Shown piece by piece: positions 35,136-45,587 of a DNA stretch of 64,000 bases (positions are counted from its first letter, which is position 1; every line of letters begins with the position of its first letter). The translations under genes and the position numbers were made by a program. The stretch is from Gnetum montanum. Taxonomy: Eukaryota; Plantae; Gnetophyta. Location of the stretch: positions 561,889 to 625,888 of the forward strand of contig MNCI01000542.1 of NCBI GenBank assembly GCA_015680685.1, in the 5' to 3' direction. The notes beneath the pieces are model-generated. The model was not told the origin of the DNA. It ran no database searches and saw only the letters and a program-made list of their open reading frames with translations.

Positions 35136-38100
35136 ATGGCACCAAAGGTTAAGGGAAAGAATGCTAAACTGGCCAGGATTGACGAAGTGCAGGAGAGTTT
35201 GCAACGGGCTTCGCTGGCCAGAGTCGAAGCCCGGGAAGCTACTCCGCTTAACCGGTAAGTGGTTGTTCGCCCTTTTGCACTATTGTCATATTTGTTGCAG
35301 CATCATAGTTGTGTATTGTTTTCCCGAATGTATATGTTACGTTGAGCGTTAATATCTGTTTACGCAGGCTGAGCGATTGTGGTTTGCGGTATTACCTTTG
35401 TCTTTGCTGTTGGAGACGAACCTTATATTGTCACGAGGGTTTAGGTAATGTTGGTATTATATGTTGTAGGTAGTGTAATCAGGGTTTTGTTTTCCTTTCA
35501 TTTATTCCCATAATAGTTGCATGTTACGCTTGAATAATACGCAGCGTTGCCTTCATCACCGTTGTCAGAGACAGACCTTGAGCTGTTGCAAGGGTTTGGG
35601 CGATTCTGGCCATGCGTTTCCAGTGAAATCTGCAATTATCAGGGAATCAGGCGAACCTTATTATAGCATGATGAATGTTTATGTTCAAATGCTTTGTCTA
35701 ATGGCAACATGTTTTCATTGTATAGTATCATGTTAAAGCTCGTCCTAATCATTTTGGACATTGTGGGCGTTTTGTGCTACATGCATATTCTAGCGGCGAA
35801 TGTTCCTCCCCCTCATGCTCGTATAAAGAGGGAGGCGGTATGGTTCCAAAGAGGCACGCTGGAGTTCCTACAGTTTCTGCTTCGTAACTACAGCATAATT
35901 GTCTGGTCGCATCTACTAGGTGATATAGCTATCGCCATTTTGGAGATGTTATTGGTTTGTTCGACGCAGGGCGTCTTGGGGTTCTTGACAGATGGCAGGA
36001 TTGAGACTGCGTGGGTGCAAGACCGTGAACAAATCACCAAAGATCTGAGGTGTTTGAGTTGGATCTGGGAGGTGCCCAGATTCAACTGCTATCACTCCTA
36101 CAATACTTTGTTCATGGCTTGTCACCTCACGAACTATTTCCAGAACCCCCTGGTATTGTGTATTACGCTAACGGGTAAGAATCTAAATTTTTGTAGTTTC
36201 GATGTGTGTCAACATGCTAACTGTTGTCTGGATCTACGTTGAGCGTAAAGAATTTTCCCATTTTCTGTGATGTAGGTTCTTTATCAATGACAGCGGTCTC
36301 TTGGGCGATAATGATACCTTGTCATTGACCGAAAGGGCTATTAGTGAATTTACTACTATTAGCAATGTATGGGCCGTTTTCATGGAACAACTAGCGTTTG
36401 AAATTCCAGAGTACCCGACCTGCTATGCTGACTTCTTTGCTAGATGTAAAAATTTCGGATGGCTGGATAAGGAATGGGCCTTAGATCCTCCCCTCATTGT
36501 CACCGACGTGCGAAGGAGAATCCCTCCATTTCCTTTGCCATTCAGACCTGGTAAACTTCGTTACGATGATGAATTGTATCAATGTTATTAATTAGCGATG
36601 ATTTGTGAAGTTGTCTTATTTTATTTTTTTTGCAATCTTGACTTAGCCATTGTTTTATGTATGTAGTCAGGGAATCACGGGAAATCACGATCATGGCCTC
36701 CGTTCGCGACGCGAGTAATATCTTTTTCCGCTACGGTGACATAAAGGAGGCACAATGCTGGCTCAGCCATAGAGTAGCCCCTGCTATTTTGACCAATAAC
36801 CTTCGAGAGGCTGGGCTAATGGACCTGTTCTTGGCCATAACCCCTGATGTTACCGTGGGTGAAATGTTGACCCTAGTCAACTCCTTCAGTGAAGAAGCCG
36901 AGCGTCTCTGCGTACGCGTGCGTAACGTGGCGTAAATTTTTAACTCGATGCTCAGCTGTTTGCTGATCTCTTCGAGGTCCCCTCTGATGGCTTTCCTATA
37001 GAGGAAAAGTCGAAGAGGAGCGCCAAATGCCAAGAAGGGATAGAGGAGTGGCTAGGGGTTAAGAAAGAGGCCAAAGGGATTCCTACCGACGAGATTGAGT
37101 TGGCAGTGGCCCACACCATTTACCCCCTTTTTTGAGCTTGGACCTTCCCCAAGACACTCTCCCAAGGGAGATTCCTCACTATAGAATAAGCTCGCATTAT
37201 GCGAGAGTTCATGGAGGAGGGAACACAATTCAATTGGGCCAGCTATTTTGCTGAAGGCCTGCACGTTGAAATGGTCAAGCTTCGCAAGAAGCTTGAGTCC
37301 CATTTCAACGTGCATTTTGCCTTTTTCATAGCTTGCTTCCAGTGCTTTGCCGAGTTTCTAGTTGTCCAACGGGATGGAGTTTGGATGCAGCAGGACTACG
37401 GCCAGATTTATAAACCATGGATTTCTCATATTTTCGGCATCGTCCGGTTGCAGGACCCTTCTGAAGAGATCGGGGAGTCGTTATCTGTAATGACTAGGGA
37501 CATGGTGGCACCTCGAATGCGGGGTCCAGACAGCGTGGGTGGGGCACTCCCTTCCTATACTGGCAATGCTTCGAGGGGGAAGTGCCTGGCGGCTGAGATA
37601 GTGGACCTGTCGGTGCCTCGGAAGAAGCCTCGTTTGACCAAGGAGTCTGCCGAGCCAATAAGTAGTGCAAGGTAGAAGATGCAGGTCAAATTTTGGAGGA
37701 GTAATCCTCCAACAGGTAAGCAAAGGAACATGCTAATGGTTACATCCATGTTGCGTATAGATACTTTTATGTTGCAATTTATTGAACTATAGCAGAATTT
37801 CGTGTTAACTGGAAACATTATATGACAACGAAGGAGAGGGTTGTAGAAAGGTTAACCCCTAAAATAGGGGCTATGGTTTTATGATGCGGGGAGGAGACCC
37901 CAGCCTTGGAAGAAGAGGCTGCAGCAGTCAATCAAGCAAGTAGCACACAGATTCCTACGCGTGAGAAGGGAGAAGCCATGGAAGATGCTGAAGTTCCTTC
38001 GGCTTAGACAAGAAGAGGTAAATGATTTGTAACTTTGTTAGGCTAACTTTTACAGCGTACTCAACTCTAGGCAATTACTTCTAAAAGTTATATTGGTCAT

Positions 38101-39516
38101 CGTAATGTTTCAATTATGTCTTCATATGGAACTTGTTCTACATAATAGGCAACCATGACGTGCACATGTCAATGGTGGCAACTCGATCCTGGGACGAATT
38201 TCCTGATAAATTCGCCTTTATGGAAGGGGCCGTTCAAGACATGATCGGCCGCTTGGAGCAAATCAATCCTGAAGCAGGTACATCATGATCATTACGTAGA
38301 GGTTGTTCCATTGTGGTATTGTGTTATCTAATTATGTCTAATCACTATGCTATGTTATTAGGAGCTCAGCTTAGGTGGGATTCGTCGGAGCCTATTGATC
38401 TAGACACCACTGAACCCTCCTTGGAAGAGGTCATCGTGCCATGCAGCATTTATGATGAAATGCGTAAATGTGTGGTACGCTCGACTCGCTCCTTGTGGGA
38501 ATGCCAGAAAGTAAACGAGGATCTTTGGAAAAGATTGCAAAGGTCGGAAAAAGACAGAGTGTCTCTAGGTGATCAAGTGGGGGACTTGAGGTCTCGGAAT
38601 GAATTCCTGCAGGCTCAGGGGACAGGCAACTAGTACTGGCGGATGACTGTTGTGGACTACACTTGTTATTGGATGGTCATCTGAAACAGTGTCCAGACTA
38701 GTCGTGAACTGGTCGAGCAGCGGATGCAAATGGACCTCCTAGCTCAAAAGAATCAAGACTGGAAGGACTATAGTGCAAGTGTGCAAAAATGGGGGCAGAC
38801 GCAAAAAGATCATAAACACGTCTATAAGCAGGACTACGCTGCCTACCATCAGCAGTATAGGGACTCTGCCATTGAGGCTTAGTCTCTTCGACTATTCCTT
38901 GACGTTATTGGTGCTTCTAGTGCATTTGAAATGTTCCAGGAGCAAGTACGGTGAGCGCCTCTCCAGAAAGGGAAATAACTCTTCCTGGAGGAGAGACGAC
39001 CATCCCTTCCTTCTTTCTTGAATCACCTCGCTAGACTCCTATGGAAAAAGGGAAGATGAAGGTCAGAACTAATCTAGGAGACGGGGTTTGGTCTGAGCTT
39101 ACCGAGGACGAGATTATGCAACATCTGTGGATTGGCTTAGAACAAATTCCATTTGCTACTGATGCAGGACCATCACAAGTGAGTGTTTGTTTTATTATGC
39201 CTTTTTTCATACCTGGTTTTGATCGTGATGTCAGTATACATGTTATGTATGATTACAGGAACGACCTGAGGAGGTTCCTCAACGAGGCGAGCGTAACATG
39301 GATGACGGTCCTCATGAAGGGGGTTCGTAAGGGACAGAGCTTAATGGCGGTGGTCAACGTGATGGCAAACAGCTTCATACAGGAGAGCCTGATAAGGGGG
39401 GCCACCTTCATGAAGAAATGCTACCTGAAAAAGGTGGCCCTTATGAGGACGATTTGCTCGGGGTGGAGATTGAGCTGAGGGACACGGGTGATAGTGGGGA
39501 AAGAGGAGACGCATAA
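35136..39516 (+). pseudogene. 10-exon antisense accessory gene nested in pol of A (FCP1/NIF-like HAD domain + retroelement extra-ORF domain + coiled coil; ~1,170 codons)
   Basis: Exons 35136-35254, 35368-35444, 35545-35650, 35726-36174, 36276-36550, 36667-37715, 37793-38017, 38149-38277, 38362-39178, 39259-39516. Nine introns of 75-131 nt (8 GT-AG, 1 GC-AG); 8 of 9 junctions are in phase unedited. Three 1-nt frameshifts and about 12 in-frame stops. Confidence 0.8.
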
Positions 39517-39719
39517 CGTGGTTGTATTGGCCACAGTCCGTTTTTTTTATTTTTATGATGAGAAAGATAATATTTTTTTATTTTTGACATTTTAATGCAA
39601 ATTTGGTCTAAGTTAATGTTCTTTATTTGTTACTATTCTCGTTTTATGCAAAGTGTAAATTAGTAGGTTTTGATGTTATGAGAAATGGCAGATAGTTTAG
39701 GTGTATAGCGTAAATGAAG

Positions 39720-40098
39720 TTACTAGTTTAAAGTCATTGCAGGCTATTGGATAAATAGGGTGCAAAGCGTAAATAAGGCAACTAGTCTTGGGCCATTTCA
39801 GGCCTTTGACCAGTTCAAGCGTAACCTGCAATTTAAATAGGTAGTTTAAGGCCATTGTGGGCCATAGGTAGTTTTAGGCCATTCCGGGCCGTGGGTATAT
39901 GGTGAAGGGATAGCGTAGATGTCACTAAGTAGCAAATTTTAAGCCTTGGTGGGTTGTGATTAGTTTAAGGCCATTTCGGGCCTTTTGATAGTTTTAGGCC
40001 ATTCTGGGTCGTGTATAGTTTTAGGCCATTTCGGGCTGTGTATAGTTTTAGGCCATTTCGGGTCATGTATAGTTTTAGGCCATTTCGGGCCATGGGTA
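39720..40098. repeat. ~27-bp tandem repeat inside the PR-RT interval of A
   Basis: TAGTTTTAGGCCATTTCGGGCYRTGTA occurs as five contiguous copies at 39961-40098, with looser copies from ~39720. Confidence 0.88.
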
Positions 40099-40329
40099 GC
40101 ACACGTGATTAATTTTAGATAAAGTTAAGAGCAATGAAGATAACTAGTAGGGGCGTAAAAACATGAGCGTAAATGAGAACAACTAGTGGATGTGTAAGGT
40201 GGGATAGCATGATGAAATAAAACATGCATAAACTATACGGTAATCAGATGATCCTGTTTACTGGCTAGCCCTGTAATTGTTTCCTGATCGCTTTTATTTT
40301 TGGTAACGCGTAAAGACGAGGAGATTTAC

Positions 40330-43300
40330 CACCCTTTTCCTTCGCATCGCACTTCTCTCCTGGGAATGGTAGCTTGGCCCAAGTTAGGCTGTCATCAGCC
40401 ACTGTTTCTTCTTGTTCGAGTATTCGGACAGGGGACTGATCTTTAGACATTTCGATCTCCGACCCCTGCTCCGTTTCTATGTTATTCATAGCCTGAGGGG
40501 TTATTTCATCACCATGGATAACCACCTCTCCTCCTGCGTAAGGCAGATGGATCTCTTGATGTATAGGTGATGAAATTGCCCTTAGTTGAGCCAACCATGA
40601 CCTCCCCAGGATCAAATTGAAGCCAGGCATCTCTTCAAAAATAATGAAGGTTGCATCTGTGCGGAATTGCTTCCCCGCCACGAAGTTGATGTGCATAGTG
40701 CCTTTGACTTGCACTTGTGCCTCGTTGAATGACTTTAAACACGACGTAGTGGTAGGACTGATCTAATCGATCAGACCTAGCTTATCCACTATGGGGTAGG
40801 GGATGACATTAGTGGCCGCCCCATCATTCACATGTACCCTCCGAATTCGGTGTTGACCAACCCGAATGGTGATGAACATGGGCGCTGTTGTCACATGACC
40901 CTTTTCTGGGTCATCCTTAATGGATTCGTAGCGAAAGGTCAACAAGGAAGGCCCTGGTTTCTCAGCCGTGAGAGGAAGCATAATGGAATGAATCGCTTCT
41001 TCATCCACGAGCAGGCCTTCGTCCATAGGTATGGACATTAGCATGTGAACCATAGCCTCATAATGCTTCTGTGACATCATGAGTAAGTCATAAAGGCTCA
41101 GAGTTGTATTTCTTTTATTTTAGAGCCTGTTTGACTTGTGTAAAGGCGTCGAAGAGATCCTGCCCGTGATCTGGCTGATTGTCACCCTTTTCCTCTTCCA
41201 TTCGCCCTAGGAGATGAATTTCTTAGGGAGGAGTGATATTTGGCCAAGGGCTGTGCTTCTTTCTGCCAGGAGTAGATGGTTGTGTTTGCGTAACTTCACC
41301 ATCGTTAGAAAATGGGGCCAAGAGTACAGAGGTGAGGGGTTTAGGCTTAGGAAACCCCAGCGTAAGACGATCCTTGGTCGTACCAGTTGTCTTATCTCCT
41401 TCTCCTTTTTCGTTAAATTGGGATCGAAAGCTTGACTTGGAGGTTTGCCCTTGTGTAGGAAGGGCTGTCGATGGTTTTGGCACCCTGATGACGAAGGGGG
41501 CCTTAGGCGTAGGCATGGGCTAGGCCGTGGCTTTATCGACAGTGGGTTGTCGAGAATTTATCTGAGAAGGGGCTCGAAGGATAAAAGGTTATCGTGGAGC
41601 ACCACTTGTCGATGCTGTTGAATCCATTGTTTGGGGAGAACGAGGATGCGTTCGTAGCACGAAAGGGTGTTTCAGTTGTGACTGATTATCGCCCTCTGCT
41701 CCTACCACGTTAATTGTGTACCCTGCGTTATTTGTATTTAATGGGTCTTGGTACACATGCAAGGCTTTGTTTTCCAGGTGAGCTGGGATACTTCTGTCCA
41801 AGATCAGGTCACCTTGATCGATCATGCGTTGAATGTCATCTTTCAATGCCCAACAGTAATCCATGTCATGACCGCACAATTGATGATAGTCGCAGAATCG
41901 GTCTATTCTAAAGTTCTTGGGAATGGGCGGTTCATTAGGTTGTGCCAAGGAGGGGTTCTTGAGTAACTCACAATGGTGCCTGTGATGTTTTAGGGCCTCC
42001 TCAGACACTGCCTTATGTCAGATGTGACCAGTTCCCAATAATTGCTTCAGAAGTTCTGAAGGCTTCATAGGTAGAGTTGCGTAATTTGAGCAGTCCTTAC
42101 GCTCAAATTTTGGCCTCGGCTGTGGGGATGTTTTAGGGGCAGAAGAAGCTTCTTGATCAGTGCCACTTGAGCTAGTTGTCGGCTCAGTTGGCTCCGCAGT
42201 AGTTTTCTTGCTATTGTTGTTCTTTTTCTTAGCCCCTTCAACAACCGCCGCAACTGTAGTCGTCGTGGTTTTGCCTTTGTCCTTACCCTTGCTATGGGCA
42301 TGTTTGTAGGCCACATACGTTGGATCTTTACTAGCCTCTGCCACATCTTGGATGCTCTTAGTCTGAGCAAAGGCTTGGCTGAGAGAACGGGGAGCGAGGT
42401 AATACAACTTAGACTTGATGAAGTCATTGACCGCTCCCTTGAAGATTGCGAATAGATGGGCCTCCACGATGGGTTTGCGGATCTCGTTCAAGGTAGTGCT
42501 CCAATGCTGTATAAAGTTTTGGACTGACTCGAGTGGGTCTTGTTTAACTCTCATGAGTTGGTCTAGTGTGACTTCTGGCTTCAGGTTATATTTGAAATGA
42601 GTTACAAACTGGGTTAACAACTCTTCTAAGGTTGAGATGGAAACGCATGAAAGTGCTTGATACTAGTCCAAAGCTTTGCCCGTTAAGGACATAGCGAAGA
42701 CACGGATTATAGTATGCGACCATTGTTACAGCAATAAGGACTCTGACCTAAAAGTGATGAGGAGGGCGTTGGGATCACCTTCCCCATTGTATTTTATGAA
42801 ATGGGGAAGGGGCATCCCAGGTGGCAATGACAGGACTGGGACTGCTGGGCTAATAGGATCGTCATGGTAGAAATCCATGATTTGTACTGTGTCAGAGCTA
42901 GCAGCCTTGAGATGCTTGACCTCTTCTGTAAGGGTCTGGATGAGTTGGAAGGCTTGGTCTAGACCCGTAGACGATGAGGTCGTTTGTGGAGCGGAAGGAG
43001 GAGCCACATTGGGTGGCGATACAGAGGCAACAACTTGGCCGATGGTCGATGCTATCGGGAGAGTCCTTGCAGGCAGTGTTGCTTGTGGCATCCACCATCT
43101 GGTGGTTGGTGCAGATGGGGGACCCACCATTGGCTGCGCTATTGGGTATGCTATTTGTGTAGCGGGAGGAGCAGCGATCCCGTAGCTGGGTTTAGCGTTT
43201 GTGGGACTTGACTTTGATGGTGAGGATGGTGGTGCATTTGCGCAAGATGCACAACAAGAGACATGTTGGGAGCCCACCATGTTGTGGTGGCAGGCCCTAT

Positions 43301-44008
43301 TGTGTGAATGGGAAGCGTAGTCGGCGTTGTAGGTATCGCGTGCACATGCGGTGGCACAGGCGCAGGCACACGATGAGGCAAGTTAGGTAATCGCGCCTGC
43401 TGAGGAATGATCTGTGATGGACCATCACCTGGGAAGATAGTCGGAGAAAGAAAATGTAAACGCAGTGAATTCAGGACTCGATCGGTGTTAGATAATGTCA
43501 AAGGTGTGGTGACCATGAACAACGTATTTACACGAGATGTTGTGGAGGGAGGGGCCATGGTGAAATCGGCATGACTACCTCCCTCAGAGTGAGATTCTAG
43601 ATCGTCTTGTCCGTCGTGAAGCATTTCATCACGGAACAAGGCCTTTAGTTATTTTGGCGATGTCTTTGCCATCAACATTTGATCTAGGATCCACCTCTGT
43701 TGATCTGTCAGGGGTATGAAAGTGCTAGGCATAGGAATGAGTTCCTTCCCGTTGCAGTACATGAACTCGTACTCTCGTCTTTCCTCGAGCTCTTGTGGAT
43801 ACATAGGCAAATTTGCTACTAGCTTAGCATAGAGGAAATTGTAGCTTTCCTTGCATTGAGCCTGTCCCTCAGGCTTCTTGTTTTGTAGTTTGAGGGAGTG
43901 GCGTGGTCGCACCAGACTGAGTGGTTGCTCGACCATGGGAGGCATGACTTGCATGGTCCAAGGGTTCTCAAGGCTAGTGGTATCAACGACAGTAGTTGAT
44001 GTAGTCAT
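40330..44008 (-). pseudogene. gag: gag and protease of A
   Basis: FIKYNGEGDP and Retrotrans_gag-like helices, Tat-type knuckle FCDYHQLCGHDMDYC, protease RRVHVNDGAATNVIP and FNLILGRSWL. Mostly one frame broken by stops, with two frameshifts. Confidence 0.92.
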
Positions 44009-44241
44009 TTTTTTACGTGATTCGGAGATAATGACGATAAAAGCAGAGATTGGAAGGACAAAGGTGAACTAAGATAATAATCGGGGCTTTTTATCTTGTA
44101 GGACTCCAAAGGAATCATCGAAGCAACCGATCTACACCACATAATTTTGTAAACAACCTTGAAGGTATTACGTTTATGTTGATTACTAATGGGTACAGAT
44201 AACTTACAAGACTACCCATAAAATATGGATCAGATATGAAG

Positions 44242-44259
44242 GCCCTCCTTCTAGCGCCA
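44242..44259 (-). promoter_or_regulatory. PBS of A, complementary to the plant tRNA-Asn 3' end
   Basis: Minus strand TGGCGCTAGAAGGAGGGC sits 6 nt from the LTR; plant tRNA-Asn(GTT) ends ...CCCTCCTTCTAGCG-CCA (recalled). Confidence 0.85.
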
Positions 44260-44265
44260 GAAAAC

Positions 44266-45582
44266 TGTAACAATGGAAAACGTTGGTCGCTGGAAATATC
44301 GAACGAAAGTTCGTGTACACAGTTCTAACCCCGAATCTGTGCGAGGATCGTGTTGGAGAGAAAAACGAATCTGAGGTGCCCTGAACGGTCTTGTCGATTA
44401 GACAGGGACTTATTTAATCAGTAAAATGTTTGGTAATAATTTGATGGCAAAATGAAGATTCTTTATAAGGTGATGCAATGTTGTTAATCCCGAAAGCAAT
44501 TGAAGACAATGCAAACAATTTAGATGAGATTGCCAAATCCGTATAACTAGGATGCAAAGGATCAGATTTTGTAGAGAATACAATCACAAGATTTGGGATT
44601 TAATTTATGAAAAATAATATGTTTGATACAATGATTTCAGGCGGGCTTCGGTTTGGACGAAGCACATGCTAGTAACAAGAAAGTTATCTAAAGATGAAAC
44701 AAGCGAGGATCAATCTACCTTGATCTAGCCAATCTGGGCGCAAGGAAGTCAGACCTGGGGGAGAATATCTGGTAGCCGATTGTTTCTGATTAGGAATTCT
44801 TGCCAATCATGTCTGACGTTCTCACGATCGCTGATTCTCTTTTGCTCTTTTGCCAATCTTAAAAGAAAAATTTTTGCCCACTCCTCTGATCTTCGTCAAC
44901 TGGAGCATTTATAAGGTTAGGGTTAAGAGAAAAATGTGGTTTAAGTGACGTGTGTCCTAAACTCATAAAATGCCGTTGACTCAATGTGTTGTTGTTGAAG
45001 CTTGTGACGCTATGCTGCGTAGCGTGTTGTAAACTACCCTCGTGCGGGCTTTGGCAATAGAATGTCCTTTGATTACGCTGTAATACGCTAGAGAGCGTAT
45101 TGTGGCGTATGAACTACTGATGTCTGAATTGTGCTTCTCATTACTTGAATTACGCTGTATTACACTAAATTACGCATCCTAGCGTAATTCAGCGTAAAAT
45201 AACGAAATCGCAGAAGTTGAAGTATTGTTGCCATGCTTCCTCTATTTCTGATCAATCCCTTTAGGGGTTTTATTACGCCGCTCTGCGTTACACAGTGTAA
45301 TGGTCCCCCTTAGCCATTTTTTGATGTCGTGGTAGACTGTCTTTGATATTATGCTGCGTATTGCGGCATTACGCTATGTCGCATAATGCAGCGTAATGTA
45401 CTAAATGTTGATATTTTGGAACATAGAAAACTCGCAAAGTGGAAGACTTGCTGCTGTGCACTCATTGTTTTGTTCTATCTCCTGAAGTTCATCTATACTG
45501 TGCTGCGCCTTGTCGCGACTTCCTGCTTGGGTCGCTAGATTTTGCCAATCCATCGAGGCTTCGAAAATTTTATGGTGTTTCA
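44266..45582 (-). repeat. 5' LTR of A (1,317 bp)
   Basis: TGTAAC...GTTTCA, adjacent to the PBS and followed by TSD ACAAG. Confidence 0.96.
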
Positions 45583-45587
45583 ACAAG

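Larger units (their letters stand above)
34585..40329 (-). other. Putative 5,745-nt intron between protease and RT of A
   Basis: Donor GGTG|GTAAAT at 40329 and acceptor TTTTTTGATGTTTTTGCAAG|GT at 34585 are both phase 1; splicing gives ...EKGG-DSQMDAAL in frame. Ogre elements have a known PR-RT intron. Confidence 0.6.
28211..45582 (-). mobile_element. Element A: full-length Tat-clade Ty3/gypsy retrotransposon (17,372 bp; RT-RH-aRH-INT order as in Ogre/Retand)
   Basis: LTRs 28211-29502 and 44266-45582 (TG...CA), perfect 5-bp TSD ACAAG at 28206-28210 and 45583-45587, PBS, PPT, and all gag/pol domains including the additional archaeal-type RNase H. Confidence 0.96.

Noticed and set aside
39041-39478. 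145-aa ORF as a stand-alone gene
   Set aside because: It reads through a canonical 80-nt intron (GTGAGT...TACAG) and then in a different frame from exon 10; better explained by the spliced model.
34600-40260. Independent nested transposon as the explanation for the PR-RT interval
   Set aside because: No LTRs, TIRs, poly(A) tail, TSD, or transposase/RT motifs were visible, and it shares the GCGTAA motif with the LTRs of A. Not fully excluded without sister copies.
41214-44072. Numerous + strand ORFs opposite gag of A (and similar ones opposite pol of A and B)
   Set aside because: Shadow ORFs of GC-rich coding sequence, with no motifs or splice structure.
44242-44259. tRNA gene (also the tRNA-Asp-like matches at 1238, 8022, 57790 and 62961)
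   Set aside because: Only ~18-nt 3'-end complements including CCA next to LTRs; these are primer binding sites with no cloverleaf.
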